63,874 bases of DNA, filler included, from 5 parts of 5 records of this genome joined end to end with filler, not necessarily neighbours in it, one strand, 5' to 3'. Shown: positions 45,636-56,546, counted from the whole stretch's first letter. The notes: a model not told the origin generated them from the letters alone. Made by a program: numbers and translations.

Positions 45636-48350
45636 TCAATGGGTGGCCGCGTCCAGCGCTTTGCCGATCACTTCCCGCACATCGGCTGATAGTTTGTCGG
45701 TGTTGAATATACGTTCAAGTTGCAGGTGTGCCTTTTCCTGTAAGGCAGGTACCAGTTTGGTCCAACGGTCAAGCCCACGCGCCATCCTTGCGGCAACTTG
45801 AGGGTTAATCGTGTTGAGCTCAATGACCAGATCGGCCCACAGGGTATAACCTTCACCGGAGTGTGAGTGAAACACACTGGGGTTTTGCATCGCAAAAGCC
45901 GCCAAAAGCGAGCGAGCGCGATTTGGGTTCTTCAAGGTGAATGAAGGGTGCGTCAGCAGTTGGCGCACCGTTTGCAGAGTGTTCACGTTTTCATTGCTGG
46001 CAGGTACTGTGGCCTGCAACATAAACCATTTATCCACGGCCAGCGCTTCATTCTTGAAGCGTTCAAAAAAATCGGCCAGCTCGGGTGGGTTCTCTGCGCC
46101 GTTGTGGACAATATTGCTCAAGGCGGCCATCCTGTCGGTCATGTTGTTGGAGGCCGCATATTGAGCCTTTGCCACATTCAGTTCTTCATCCGCTCCTGCA
46201 GCCACCATATAGGCCAGCGCCACGTTTTTCAATGCACGTTGGCTGGCGGCCACCGCGTTGTAGCTGTAAGGTTGCCCTGTTAAACTGCGAGCATCATAGA
46301 TCGCCTTGAAGTCTGCTCCGAAGGTACACGCCAACAAATCGCGCAAGGTGGTGCGTGCAAAATGCATCGCAACCGGGTCTACCAGTCCGTCGAATGCCTC
46401 CAGCAGTGTTCCCTCACCGGGCAATTGCAAGGCCAAGGCCAAGAAGCCGTCAGACAGCTGTTTGTCTTTCAGCAAGTTTTCCACAATTTGAATGGCGGCC
46501 TGGGTATTGGTGCCGTCAGTTTGTCCGCGCTGAAGGTAAATGTCCAGAATCGCTTTGCCGTAAATTTTTTGGCAGGCATCCCAACGATTGAATGGGTCAT
46601 TGTCGTGACCCGCTAAAAAGATAAGGTCATCTGTAGTGTGTGCGGATTGCAGAATAACGGGTGCAGAAAAGCTGCGAAACAGCGAGGGCACCACTGGTTT
46701 GTCCAACCCAGTGAACACGAATGTTTGCGTGAATTCGGTAAAGTCAAGTACATCGCCATGTAGTGCATTCGTATTGCTTTCCAGTTGCAAGGGTACATCG
46801 CGACCACTGGCTTTTTCTACAAAACCCAATTTCACAGGAATGTGAAAGGCGGGTTTGATCGCCTGGCCCGGCGTGGGGCGACAGTTTTGCTTCAACGTCA
46901 ACACCAGTTGGCCGTTGGTTTGCGTCCAGCTTGCCGATACCTCTGGGGTGCCTGCCTGGGAATACCAATGGCGAAACTGCTTCAAATCCAGTTCCGGGTG
47001 GGCTTCCTGCAGGGCGGTTTCCATGGCGCCGACAAAATCTTCACAGGTCACAGCTTGGCCATCGTGACGTTCAAAATAAATTTGCATGCCGCGCTGAAAC
47101 AATTGTTCGCCTAGCAGCGTGTGCTGCATGCGAATAACCTCCGCGCCTTTCTCGTAGACAGTTACCGTGTAGAAATTATTAATTTCCTGATAACTGTCGG
47201 GTCGTATGGGATGCGCCATGGGGCCAGCGTCCTCAGGAAACTGCGCGGCGCGAAGCACTTTCACATCTTCAATCCGTTTCACCGCGCGTGCAGAATCTGC
47301 CTGCACTTCATCAAGCCCTTCGGCCATCATGTCCGCTGAGAATTCCTGATCACGAAAAACGGTCAAGCCCTCCTTTAGGGAGAGTTGAAACCAGTCTCTG
47401 CAAGTTACCCGGTTGCCTGTCCAGTTGTGAAAGTACTCATGGCCCACTACACTCTCCACGTTCTCGAAATCAACATCCGTGGCAAGTTCAGGGTTTGCAA
47501 AGACAAACTTGGTATTGAAAATATTCAAGCCCTTGTTTTCCATGGCACCCATATTGAAATCGGCGGTGGCCACAATCATGAATCGGTCCAGGTCCAGGTC
47601 GAGGCCAAACCGTTCACGGTCCCAGTCAATCGACTTCTTCAAGCTTTGCATGGCAAAGTCGGTTTTATCCAGGTTGCCTGGCTCAACCCATACTTGCAAC
47701 AATGCTGGCTTGCCGTTGCCTTTTTTCACTGTTTCTTCCTGGCACACAAAGCGACCGGCCACCAATGCAAACAGGTATGCGGGCTTGGGAAATGGGTCTT
47801 CCCAGCGAGTCATGTGCAAGCCTTCGCCCAGTTTCTTTTCTTCAATCAAGTTGCCATTGGACAAGCTGACCGGGTGAGTGGCCTCGTTGGCAATCAGCGT
47901 GACTGTGAACTGGCTAAGAACATCCGGACGATCCGGGAAATAGGTGATACGCCTGAAACCCTGAGCTTCGCATTGGGTAAAAAAATTGCCGTTGGAGACA
48001 TACAAACCCTCAAGCCGGGTGTTTTGGTCGGGTTGAATGTAAACAGTAATTTCCAGAACGCCTTCGCGACCAGGGTTATGAATCGTCAGGCCTGTGAGGC
48101 TTTGAGTGTAGCGAGTGGTATCCAGCTTTTCACCATTCAGCAACACCTGATCCAGTTCAAGGTCTTCCCCATCCAGTTCAAGTGGAAGGTTGTCTGGGTT
48201 TGAATGGGCCCACACTTTAAATTCCAGGCGACTTGCCACCTTGGTGCGCGAAGGGTTCAGAGTGAACGTCAAATCGGTGCGACTTATTTTGTAGTTCGGC
48301 GCGGTGTAGTCCTTGCGATAAAAGGTGATGGGTGCTTGTGCGTCTCTCAT
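45636..48350 (-). CDS. pepN: aminopeptidase N
   Basis: TQCEAQGFRRIT, GAMENKG, HEYFHNWTGNRVTCRDW, YEKGAE; start at ATG 48350 (MRDAQAP). Confidence 0.97.
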   Translation of the reverse strand: MRDAQAPITFYRKDYTAPNYKISRTDLTFTLNPSRTKVASRLEFKVWAHSNPDNLPLELDGEDLELDQVLLNGEKLDTTRYTQSLTGLTIHNPGREGVLEITVYIQPDQNTRLEGLYVSNGNFFTQCEAQGFRRITYFPDRPDVLSQFTVTLIANEATHPVSLSNGNLIEEKKLGEGLHMTRWEDPFPKPAYLFALVAGRFVCQEETVKKGNGKPALLQVWVEPGNLDKTDFAMQSLKKSIDWDRERFGLDLDLDRFMIVATADFNMGAMENKGLNIFNTKFVFANPELATDVDFENVESVVGHEYFHNWTGNRVTCRDWFQLSLKEGLTVFRDQEFSADMMAEGLDEVQADSARAVKRIEDVKVLRAAQFPEDAGPMAHPIRPDSYQEINNFYTVTVYEKGAEVIRMQHTLLGEQLFQRGMQIYFERHDGQAVTCEDFVGAMETALQEAHPELDLKQFRHWYSQAGTPEVSASWTQTNGQLVLTLKQNCRPTPGQAIKPAFHIPVKLGFVEKASGRDVPLQLESNTNALHGDVLDFTEFTQTFVFTGLDKPVVPSLFRSFSAPVILQSAHTTDDLIFLAGHDNDPFNRWDACQKIYGKAILDIYLQRGQTDGTNTQAAIQIVENLLKDKQLSDGFLALALQLPGEGTLLEAFDGLVDPVAMHFARTTLRDLLACTFGADFKAIYDARSLTGQPYSYNAVAASQRALKNVALAYMVAAGADEELNVAKAQYAASNNMTDRMAALSNIVHNGAENPPELADFFERFKNEALAVDKWFMLQATVPASNENVNTLQTVRQLLTHPSFTLKNPNRARSLLAAFAMQNPSVFHSHSGEGYTLWADLVIELNTINPQVAARMARGLDRWTKLVPALQEKAHLQLERIFNTDKLSADVREVIGKALDAATH

Positions 48351-48396
48351 GCCTGGAAATCCTCTTACTGCTGTGGTTACTGCTGGGTGGTGTCGC

Positions 48397-48999
48397 TCAG
48401 TGGTCGTGACCGCAATTTGGACCATGCTTGTGTTCATGTGCATGCGAGTGCCCATGATCGTGACCATGCCCATGGTCGTGGTCGTGGTCACAGCAATCGT
48501 GGTGTTTCAGTTCCGGCACCACAATTTCCAGCATGGGAGCGGTCAGTGTGCTGAATTTCAACTCAAAATGCTCAAGCATGTGCATGCATTCATGGCTTGC
48601 TACAACACGCGCGCCTTTTTCATTTAACTGAACCGGCCAAAAGTTAAGGCCTGCCACATGCAGAAATTCTTCGAAACCTTGTTGACCACGTGCCACTTCG
48701 AAAAGCTCTTCCGGGGCAGCCGCCACAACGGCCCATTCATTGGTGTTTGACACCAGTTTGTCGCCCACCTCCACGGTGTCGTGCAAGTGGCAAATCAGTG
48801 TACTGCCGTCAGTTGCCTTAACATCATGTGGCACTTCCTGGCGTTCATCAAAAGTGAGCTCAATGGTTTTTGCATTGCGAAGCAACACGGCGGCCACCTT
48901 GTGGTTGGCCTTTACTACTTTGTTGTACACCACATCGTGGTTGTGACCGCAATCCGGGCCGTGTTCTTGTTCGTGATCGTGTGAATGGTCTGCGCTCAT
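48397..48999 (-). CDS. UreE-like His-rich metal-binding protein
   Basis: core LTFDERQ...ATDG...GDKL...AAPEELFEV resembles UreE; His/Cys-rich at both termini. Confidence 0.65.
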   Translation of the reverse strand: MSADHSHDHEQEHGPDCGHNHDVVYNKVVKANHKVAAVLLRNAKTIELTFDERQEVPHDVKATDGSTLICHLHDTVEVGDKLVSNTNEWAVVAAAPEELFEVARGQQGFEEFLHVAGLNFWPVQLNEKGARVVASHECMHMLEHFELKFSTLTAPMLEIVVPELKHHDCCDHDHDHGHGHDHGHSHAHEHKHGPNCGHDH

Positions 49000-49019
49000 G
49001 GCGTGTCCTTCGATGTTGT

Positions 49020-49505
49020 TTAGTCGCGGAAGTTTTCGAAGCCCAAAGGTGTCTCCGTCACCTTCTGTTTCAGCAAGGCAATTGCACTTTGTAAATCATC
49101 GCGCTTTGCGCCTTGAATGCGAACCGTATCGCCCTGAATACTGGCCTGCACTTTCATTTTGCTGTCTTTGATTTCTTTCACGACCTGCTTGGCCAGGTCC
49201 TTGTCCAGTCCGTTTTTAACCGTCACGGTTTGCTTGATCTTGTCGCCAGAGATCTTTTCTTTTTTGTCAAATGTCAGAAAGCGTACATCTACGTTGCGCT
49301 TCGCACATTTGTTGCGAATAATCTCGGCGACCTGCTCCAATTTGAAGTCATCGTCGGCGTACACCATGATTGTGTTTTCGTTCAATTCAACTTTGGAATC
49401 AGACCCTTTGAAGTCAAAACGGGTACCAATTTCCTTATTCACCTGATCAACCGCATTGCGCAATTCGATCAAGTCTGGTTTGCAGACCACATCAAAAGAC
49501 GGCAT
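49020..49505 (-). CDS. yajQ: YajQ family nucleotide/c-di-GMP-binding protein
   Basis: [37 protein letters not shown]. Confidence 0.96.
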   Translation of the reverse strand: MPSFDVVCKPDLIELRNAVDQVNKEIGTRFDFKGSDSKVELNENTIMVYADDDFKLEQVAEIIRNKCAKRNVDVRFLTFDKKEKISGDKIKQTVTVKNGLDKDLAKQVVKEIKDSKMKVQASIQGDTVRIQGAKRDDLQSAIALLKQKVTETPLGFENFRD

Positions 49506-49556
49506 AGTTCATTCCTTCAAGCATAATGCCTCATTGTAATCGCTAGACCACCCCCT

Positions 49557-50582
49557 ATGTCAGCCCTCACTGCCACCCACAGCGTTGATCTGCAACCCTT
49601 GCATACCTTTGGTTTGCCAGCCCGTGCCCGCGAGTTGCGTTTGTTGGCCAATCAAGAAGATCTGAGAGCTTTTGCCCGCATGAAGCGGGAAGGCCAGCCA
49701 TTTTTGTTGCTGGGCGAGGGCAGCAACACAGTGTTTACCAGCCCACTGGTGGACGCAACGGTTTGGAAAGTTGCCTTGAAAGGGCGACGGTATTTGGGTT
49801 GCGACGGTGTTTGTCACCATGTGCGGGTATGGGCTGGCGAAAACTGGCACCAAACAGTCGAGTGGACTGTGGCCATGGGCTGGGGTGGGCTGGAGAATCT
49901 CGCCCTGATTCCTGGTTGTGTGGGTGCGAGCCCTGTTCAGAATATTGGAGCCTACGGGGTTGAACTCAAGGACCGCGTTTCAGCGGTGCACGCATTTGAT
50001 CTGGATGTTCAAAAGGAATGCATTTTCAATCTGGATGAATGCGAGTTTGCATACCGTGACAGTGTTTTCAAGCATGCTGCGCAGGGACGGTATGTGATTA
50101 CGGCAGTAGATTTTGCCTTACCCGTGCAGTGGCAGCCTGTGTTGGGGTATGGGGATGTGGCTCAGCGTGTGGCTGAATTGGGACCACTGACCCCCATGAA
50201 TGTATTAAAGGCAGTCAGTACAATACGAACGCAGAAGCTACCAGACCCCGCCGTATTGGGTAACAGTGGCAGTTTTTTCAAGAATCCCATAGTTGACGCT
50301 GCACAAGCCAAGGCCCTTGTTCAGCAGTTCCCAAATTTGGTCAATTACCCTGCGGATGATGGCCTGGTCAAACTAGCAGCCGGGTGGTTGATCGAACAAT
50401 GTGGGCTAAAGGGGTTTGTCCTGGGTGGTGTGGGTGTGTATACCAAACAAGCACTAATTCTCGTGAATTTGGGAAATGGGCAAGGCGCGGAGTTGTTGCA
50501 GCTGATTTCTCATATTCAGGCACAGGTTCAGACCCGGTTTGGTGTATTGCTCGAGTCGGAACCGAATTTGATCAATAAATAA
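49557..50582 (+). CDS. murB: UDP-N-acetylenolpyruvoylglucosamine reductase
   Basis: HTFG, LGEGSN, GLENLALIPG, QNIGAYG, YRDSVFK, GNSGSFFKNP. Confidence 0.96.
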   Translation: MSALTATHSVDLQPLHTFGLPARARELRLLANQEDLRAFARMKREGQPFLLLGEGSNTVFTSPLVDATVWKVALKGRRYLGCDGVCHHVRVWAGENWHQTVEWTVAMGWGGLENLALIPGCVGASPVQNIGAYGVELKDRVSAVHAFDLDVQKECIFNLDECEFAYRDSVFKHAAQGRYVITAVDFALPVQWQPVLGYGDVAQRVAELGPLTPMNVLKAVSTIRTQKLPDPAVLGNSGSFFKNPIVDAAQAKALVQQFPNLVNYPADDGLVKLAAGWLIEQCGLKGFVLGGVGVYTKQALILVNLGNGQGAELLQLISHIQAQVQTRFGVLLESEPNLINK

Positions 50583-50612
50583 AAAAACCGCCACCTGGTG
50601 GGTGGCGGTTTT
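50581..50612. terminator. bidirectional terminator between murB and argG
   Basis: AAAAAAACCGCCACC-TGGTG-GGTGGCGGTTTT. Confidence 0.85.
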
Positions 50613-50640
50613 CAAATTTGATACATCACAAATTGATCGC

Positions 50641-51615
50641 TCAGCCGCGCTTTAATTTGGCATTGGCTGCGATTCGCATACGCAAGGCATTCAGTTTAAT
50701 GAAGCCACCGGCATCCGCCTGATTGTAGGCTCCGCCGTCCTCATCAAATGTCGCGATATTCTGATCGAACAACGAATCGGTCTTCGAGTCACGTGCAACG
50801 ACAATCACGTTGCCCTTGTAAAGCTTCACACGTACCCAACCATTGACAGTGCTTTGGGTATGATCAATCAATGTTTGCAGGGCAACACGCTCGGGGGCCC
50901 ACCAGTAGCCGTTGTAAATCATGCTGGCGTAGCGGGGCATCAAGTCGTCTTTCAGGTGAGCTACTTCGCGGTCCAAAGTAATTGATTCAATGGCGCGGTG
51001 CGCCTTCAGCATAATCGTACCGCCGGGGGTTTCATAACAGCCACGACTCTTCATCCCCACATAGCGGTTTTCCACCAGGTCAAGGCGACCAATACCATGC
51101 TTGCCGCCCAAGCGGTTCAGTTCTGTCAGCACAGTCGCAGGGCTCATCTTCTTGCCGTTCAGTGCAACGATGTCGCCTTTCTCATATTCAATGTCCAGGT
51201 ACTCGGCTTCATCGGGTGCCGCCTCGGGGCTGACCGTCCAGCGCCACATGGCCTCTTCGGCCTCGGCGCTCGGGTTCTCCAGGTGGCGGCCTTCAAAGCT
51301 GATGTGCAGCAGGTTGGCGTCCATGGAATAGGGGGCTCCGCCTTTCTTGTGCTTCATGTCGATTTCAATGCCCGCGTCTTCGGCGTACTTCAGCAGTTTT
51401 TCTCGGCTCAGCAAATCCCATTCGCGCCATGGGGCAATGATTTTAACGCCTGGCATCAGGGCATAGGCGCCCAGTTCGAATCGAACCTGGTCATTGCCTT
51501 TGCCAGTTGCACCATGTGAAATCGCGTCTGCGCCGGTTTCACGCGCAATGTCGATCAGGCGTTTTGCGATCAAGGGGCGGGCAATGGAGGTGCCCAGCAG
51601 GTATTCACCCTCGTA
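50641..51615 (-). CDS. argG: argininosuccinate synthase (5' end cut by the contig edge)
   Basis: [47 protein letters not shown]. Confidence 0.97.
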   Translation of the reverse strand, partial: YEGEYLLGTSIARPLIAKRLIDIARETGADAISHGATGKGNDQVRFELGAYALMPGVKIIAPWREWDLLSREKLLKYAEDAGIEIDMKHKKGGAPYSMDANLLHISFEGRHLENPSAEAEEAMWRWTVSPEAAPDEAEYLDIEYEKGDIVALNGKKMSPATVLTELNRLGGKHGIGRLDLVENRYVGMKSRGCYETPGGTIMLKAHRAIESITLDREVAHLKDDLMPRYASMIYNGYWWAPERVALQTLIDHTQSTVNGWVRVKLYKGNVIVVARDSKTDSLFDQNIATFDEDGGAYNQADAGGFIKLNALRMRIAANAKLKRG

Positions 51616-51616
51616 C

Positions 51617-51716
51617 NNNNNNNNNNNNNNNNNNNNNNNNNNNNNNNNNNNNNNNNNNNNTTAATTAATTAANNNNNNNNNNNNNNNNNNNNNNNNNNNN
51701 NNNNNNNNNNNNNNNN
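51617..51716. other. artificial contig junction
   Basis: N run with TTAATTAATTAA. Confidence 0.98.
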
Positions 51717-51717
51717 T

Positions 51718-52380
51718 GGCCGCATCAGCGACCCGGGCGCCTATGTGCAGGCCTTGGCCGCGCATTTCCAGGCGCAAGGCGGCGTGCTGTTGCGCGGGCA
51801 GGCCGATGGGTTTGAGATCACCCAAGGCCGGGTGCAGGGCGTGCGCGTGGCGGGCGAAACCCTGGCCTGCGACGCGGCGGTGATCACTGCGGGTGCGTGG
51901 TCGGGCCAGATCTGCCGCAGCTTGGGATACCGCCCAAACCTCGAGGCCGAGCGCGGCTATCATATCGAGCTGTGGGGCGCTTCGGCCATGCCGCAGGTGC
52001 CCAGCATGGTGGTGTCGGGCAAATTTGTGGCCACCCCGATGGAGGGCCGGTTGCGGCTGGCGGGGGTGGTGGAATTGGGCGGCTTAGAGGCCGGGCCGTC
52101 TGAGGCACCTTTTGCGCTGCTCAAACGCGAATTGGCGCGTAATATGCCAGGCCTGCGCTGGGATAAAATGACCCAATGGATGGGCCATCGCCCCTCGACG
52201 CCCGACAGTTTGCCCGTGATCGGGGCCTTGCCCAATGTGCAAGGCGTCTGGGCCGGGTTTGGCCACCAGCACGTGGGCCTGACGGCGGGCCCGAAAACCG
52301 GGCGGCTTTTGGCGCAGTTGATCGCGGGGCGGCGCCCGAATATCGATCTGGCCCCCTATGATCCGGCGCGCTTTGGCTAG
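51718..52380 (+). CDS. FAD-dependent oxidoreductase, D-amino acid dehydrogenase (DadA) family (5' end missing)
   Basis: AGAWS, ERGYH, WMGHRPSTPDSLPVIG, FGHQHVGLTAGPKTG. Confidence 0.88.
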   Translation, partial: GRISDPGAYVQALAAHFQAQGGVLLRGQADGFEITQGRVQGVRVAGETLACDAAVITAGAWSGQICRSLGYRPNLEAERGYHIELWGASAMPQVPSMVVSGKFVATPMEGRLRLAGVVELGGLEAGPSEAPFALLKRELARNMPGLRWDKMTQWMGHRPSTPDSLPVIGALPNVQGVWAGFGHQHVGLTAGPKTGRLLAQLIAGRRPNIDLAPYDPARFG

Positions 52381-52449
52381 CCCTGTGGGCGGGGGGCGCC
52401 GCGCGGATTTCTGCTTGCCCCTGCCGGGCGGCTGCGCTCAATTGGGCGC

Positions 52450-53220
52450 ATGAGCGAAACCACGATCTCTGATGCGGCCCTTGGGGGCGCATTTCCCCAG
52501 ATTGCCCCTGTTGGGCTGGGCGGGCTGTTGGTGCGGTTTTCCGACCAGCTGAGCGAGGCTGCAAACCGCGCGGCGCTGGCCTTTCGCGCAGAGGTGGCGC
52601 TGCAAGGCTTTGCCGGTGTGGAAGAGCTGTCAACATCTTTGACGGGCACCTTCCTGCGCATCGATCCGCTGTATCCCGATGTGGCGGGTCTGTGCGCGCA
52701 GCTGCAACGCCTGTTGGATAGCCGCGATTGGTATGCCGCCCCCTTGCCGCAAGGGCGGCGGCATTTGCGCATACCTTGCGTGATCGGTGGCAGCCATGGC
52801 CCGCAATGGGGCGATGCCGTGGCCGCCAGCGGGCTGGCCGCAGATCAGGCACTGGCCAGCCTGACGCAATCGACCGTGCGGGTGCTGACCATCGGCTTTG
52901 CGCCGGGCCAGCCCTATATGGGCCAATTGCCGCCCGAATGGAACATTCCCCGCCTGTCCCAGCTGACACCGCAGGTGCCCGAGGGCGCGCTGGTGATTGC
53001 CATTCGCCAATTGATCATCTTTTCGGCCTCTACCCCCACGGGCTGGCGCCACATTGGCCAAAGCGCCTTTCGGCTGTTTCGCCCCGGTGCCGATCGCCCC
53101 TTTGCGCTAAACCCGGGCGACGAGGTTTCGATCCGCGCGGTATCGGCCGAAGAATACGAAAATATCCGGGCCCAAGATCGCACCGGCGATGGCGGTGCCC
53201 AGATCGAGGTGCTGGCATGA
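52450..53220 (+). CDS. pxpB: 5-oxoprolinase subunit B (allophanate hydrolase subunit 1 family)
   Basis: IGFAPGQPY, IPRL, VPEGA, TPTGWRHIG. Confidence 0.85.
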   Translation: MSETTISDAALGGAFPQIAPVGLGGLLVRFSDQLSEAANRAALAFRAEVALQGFAGVEELSTSLTGTFLRIDPLYPDVAGLCAQLQRLLDSRDWYAAPLPQGRRHLRIPCVIGGSHGPQWGDAVAASGLAADQALASLTQSTVRVLTIGFAPGQPYMGQLPPEWNIPRLSQLTPQVPEGALVIAIRQLIIFSASTPTGWRHIGQSAFRLFRPGADRPFALNPGDEVSIRAVSAEEYENIRAQDRTGDGGAQIEVLA

Positions 53221-54284
53221 GCGCCCCTTGCCCCAAGCTGCAGGTTCTGGCCGCAGGCCCCGGCATCAGCGTGCAGGATCTGGGGCGCTTTGGCTATTTG
53301 GGCCAGGGCGTGTCTGCCAGCGGTGCCGCCGATCCGATCGCGATGCACGAGGGCGCGGCGCTCTTGGGGCAAAGCCCTGCGATGGCCGCGATAGAAATGG
53401 CCGGGGCCGGTGGCAGCTTTAGCGCCACGCAAGATATACGTATCAGCCTGACGGGCGCGCCAATGGCTGCGCGCATCGGGGATATGCCCGTGGCCTGGAA
53501 TGCCAGCCACCTTTTGCCTGCCAATGTTGCGCTGGTTTTGGGCGGTGCGCGGGGCGGGGTTTACAGCTATTTGCATATCGGGGGTGGGGTGGCCACCCCA
53601 CCGCTGTTGGGCGCGCGGGCCACCAATGCCGCGGCGGGGCTGGGCCGGGCGCTGGTTTTGGGCGATGTGCTGGCGCTGGGGCGCGATGCCAAGGCGGGCA
53701 TGCTCAACCAGCGGCTGGATCCGCTGCCGCGCTTTGGCGGCGGGCTGCTGCGCATTGTGCCCTCGCTGCAAACGGGGTTGTTCAGCCAGGCCGATCTAGA
53801 GCGTTTTTGCGCCATCCCCTTTACCCGCGATCCGCGCGGCAACCGTATGGGGGTAAAGGTGCTGCCAGATGGCGCGCCCTTTCGCAGCGAGGGGCAATTG
53901 ACCATTCTCAGCGAAATCATCGTGCCCGGCGATATCCAGATGACCGGCGATGGCGTGCCCTATGTGTTGTTGAACGATTGTCAAACCACCGGCGGCTATC
54001 CCCGCATCGGCACGGTGCTGCCATGCGATTTGCCGCGCGTGGCCCAGGCGCTGCCGGGGGCGGTGCTGCGCTTTGCCTTTGTCAGCGCCGACGAGGGGCG
54101 CGCCGCGCTGCGCCAAACCCAAACAGCGCTGGCGGCCCTGCCGCGCGCGGTGGTGCCGCTGGTGCGTGACCCGCACCAGATGCAAGATTTGCTGTCGTAT
54201 AATTTGGTGGATGGGGTGGTATCGGCCTTGGCCCCCGAAGACCTGCCCGATGCCCAGCCCATAGCAGAAAGAGAGGCCCGATGA
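53217..54284 (+). CDS. pxpC: 5-oxoprolinase subunit C (allophanate hydrolase subunit 2 family)
   Basis: SVQDLGRFG, SGAAD, NRMG, PGDIQ, DCQTTGGYPRI; ATGA overlap with pxpB. Confidence 0.88.
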   Translation: MSAPCPKLQVLAAGPGISVQDLGRFGYLGQGVSASGAADPIAMHEGAALLGQSPAMAAIEMAGAGGSFSATQDIRISLTGAPMAARIGDMPVAWNASHLLPANVALVLGGARGGVYSYLHIGGGVATPPLLGARATNAAAGLGRALVLGDVLALGRDAKAGMLNQRLDPLPRFGGGLLRIVPSLQTGLFSQADLERFCAIPFTRDPRGNRMGVKVLPDGAPFRSEGQLTILSEIIVPGDIQMTGDGVPYVLLNDCQTTGGYPRIGTVLPCDLPRVAQALPGAVLRFAFVSADEGRAALRQTQTALAALPRAVVPLVRDPHQMQDLLSYNLVDGVVSALAPEDLPDAQPIAEREAR

Positions 54285-55060
54285 CCCGCAGTGTAGATTT
54301 GAATGCCGATATGGGCGAAAGCTTTGGCCCCTGGAAAATGGGCGATGATGCCGCGCTGCTGGATATCGTGACCTCGGCCAATATCGCGTGCGGGTTTCAT
54401 GCAGGGGATGCCGATGTGATGATGGCCACCATGCAGCGCGCGGCGCAAAATGGGGTGGGTATCGGTGCCCATCCGGGCTTTCGCGATTTGCCCAATTTCG
54501 GGCGCTACCGCATGCAGGTGCCCCATGCCACGCTGGCCAACCAGGTGCGCTATCAATTGGGGGCGGCGCAGGCCATGGCGCGGGCGGCGGGTGGTGAGGT
54601 GCGGCATTTGAAACTGCACGGGGCGCTGGCCAATATGTGCGCCGAAAACACCGAAATGGCGCGCGCCTGCTACGAGGCAGCGCTAAGCGTGGACCCGGAA
54701 TTGACCATCATGGTCATCGCGCAAACCTGCCAGCAACGCGCGGTCGAGGCGCTGGGCTGCCATTGGGTGGGCGAGATTTTTGCCGATCGCGCCTATAACG
54801 ACGATGCCACGCTGGTGGATCGCAGCTTGCCCGGCGCGGTTATTCACGATGCCGCCGAGGCGGGCGCGCGTATGGCGCAGATGGTGCGCGAGGGCGCGAT
54901 TATCACCCAATCGGGCAAGCGCATCGCGGCGCAGATCGATACCATTTGCCTGCATGGTGATACGCCCGAGGCCGTAGATATCGCCCGAGCGGTGCGCGGC
55001 ACGCTCGAGGCCGAGGGCGTTTTGGTGCGCAAATTTGCCACCCGCGCCGGGCGCGATTAA
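54281..55060 (+). CDS. pxpA: 5-oxoprolinase subunit A (LamB/YcsF family)
   Basis: [44 protein letters not shown]. Confidence 0.93.
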   Translation: MTRSVDLNADMGESFGPWKMGDDAALLDIVTSANIACGFHAGDADVMMATMQRAAQNGVGIGAHPGFRDLPNFGRYRMQVPHATLANQVRYQLGAAQAMARAAGGEVRHLKLHGALANMCAENTEMARACYEAALSVDPELTIMVIAQTCQQRAVEALGCHWVGEIFADRAYNDDATLVDRSLPGAVIHDAAEAGARMAQMVREGAIITQSGKRIAAQIDTICLHGDTPEAVDIARAVRGTLEAEGVLVRKFATRAGRD

Positions 55061-55827
55061 TCGGCAAACGGATCGTCTGGATAGCCAACACCGGCCAAAT
55101 ACAGCCCATGGGGCGGGCACACAGGCCCGCAGGCCGCGCGATTGCGCGCGCCAAGGGCTGTGGCCACATCATCGGGCGCCCAGCTGCCGGCGCCCACCCG
55201 TTCTAATGTGCCCACGATCGAACGCACCTGATTGTGCAGAAACGAACGCGCGCGCAGGTGGAAATGTATTTCATCGCCACCGGGCCCGTGCCCTGCGGTG
55301 ATGGTGATCTCGTCCAGCGTTTTTTCAGGGCTTTTCGCCTGACAAATGGTCGATCGAAAGGTGGTGAAATCGTGAAACCCAACAAGATGCGCAGCACCCT
55401 GGCGCATGGCCGCCAGATCGAGCGGGTGGCGCACCTGCCACACCAGCCCCGCCTGATGGGTGGCCGGCGCGCGCCGCGCCAACAGGCGAAAAAGATAGCG
55501 CCGCTCGGTGGCGGAAAAACGGGCGTGCCAGCCTTCGGCCACGGGGGCTGCGGCCACAATGGCCACGGGCTGGGGTTTAAGGTGATAATTCAACGCCTCG
55601 CTTAGGCGAAATGGGTCCCAGTCTTTGGCCATGTCGCAATGCGCCACCTGCCCCAGCCCATGCACGCCGGTATCGGTGCGCCCGGCTGCGGCAATGCGGT
55701 GCGGCCCGGGTTCGAGCTTGTCCAGCGCTGCTTCGATTGCGCCTTGCACGGTGGGCAGGCCATCTTGCACTTGCCAGCCTGAAAAGGGGGCGCCGTGATA
55801 TTCGATTTTCAATGCGTAGCGGGGCAT
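55057..55827 (-). CDS. truA: tRNA pseudouridine(38-40) synthase
   Basis: [45 protein letters not shown]. Confidence 0.97.
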   Translation of the reverse strand: MPRYALKIEYHGAPFSGWQVQDGLPTVQGAIEAALDKLEPGPHRIAAAGRTDTGVHGLGQVAHCDMAKDWDPFRLSEALNYHLKPQPVAIVAAAPVAEGWHARFSATERRYLFRLLARRAPATHQAGLVWQVRHPLDLAAMRQGAAHLVGFHDFTTFRSTICQAKSPEKTLDEITITAGHGPGGDEIHFHLRARSFLHNQVRSIVGTLERVGAGSWAPDDVATALGARNRAACGPVCPPHGLYLAGVGYPDDPFAD

Positions 55828-55891
55828 GGGGCGTTCCTGTGGTCTTGGGCGGGCTTATGCCCAAGCTGGGCGATACTGGCAATGGTAGGGC

Positions 55892-56533
55892 TTAGGCCGG
55901 ATCGGGCGGCAACAGCGGCGCAATCAGCAGGCCAAAGGCGCGCTGCGATAAATCGGCGGCGTGCTCGGGGGGCAGGTTGGGGGCGGCATCGGCAAACCAG
56001 CGGTCTAGGATGCGGGCAAGGCCCAATGTCACCTCGCAAAGCAGCGGCACGGGCAAATCGCGCCGGACCGCGCCTTTATACTGGCCCGCCACAATCATCG
56101 CAGCCACACGCGCGCGCAGCTGCTCGAGCGGCTCTGCCATGGCGTTTTGGGCGGCCTTGTCATCAAACAGCCCGCGCAGCAGGGCATCTAGGGCGGCATC
56201 GCGTTGCAGGGCGGCGGCCAGCGCGGCGGCCAAGCCCACCGCGCGGGCCCAAAATTCCTGCGCATCTTGGGCCTGTAATACCGGCGTATCATCCAGCCCC
56301 TCGACACGGGCAAATGCGCGCAGCAGCGTGGCCCGATACAGCGCCGCCTTATCTGCAAAATAGTGATACGAGCGCCCCTTGCTTTGGCCGGCATGGGCCA
56401 AAATGCGGTTCATCGAGGCGCGCTGAAAGCCATGCTGGCAAAATTCGGCCTCGGCCGGATCAAGCCAAATGGCCTGTTCTGCGGGCGGCAGGGCGGCAAA
56501 GCGCGCGGCGGGGGATTGGCGGGGTGTGGGCAT
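55892..56533 (-). CDS. TetR/AcrR family transcriptional regulator
   Basis: AEAEFCQHGFQRASMNRILAHAGQSKGRSYHYFADK HTH; GQYKGAVRRDL. Confidence 0.9.
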   Translation of the reverse strand: MPTPRQSPAARFAALPPAEQAIWLDPAEAEFCQHGFQRASMNRILAHAGQSKGRSYHYFADKAALYRATLLRAFARVEGLDDTPVLQAQDAQEFWARAVGLAAALAAALQRDAALDALLRGLFDDKAAQNAMAEPLEQLRARVAAMIVAGQYKGAVRRDLPVPLLCEVTLGLARILDRWFADAAPNLPPEHAADLSQRAFGLLIAPLLPPDPA

Positions 56534-56546
56534 GGGACCGGCTGTT

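Noticed and set aside
48351-48491. Thr/Met-rich N-terminal extension of pepN
   Set aside because: Alternate-frame reading of the His-rich tail of the upstream gene; the real start is 48350.
52728-53216. Long N-terminal extension of pxpC, suggesting a fusion or frameshift
   Set aside because: Overlaps pxpB in another frame; the ATGA overlap at 53217-53220 marks the true start.
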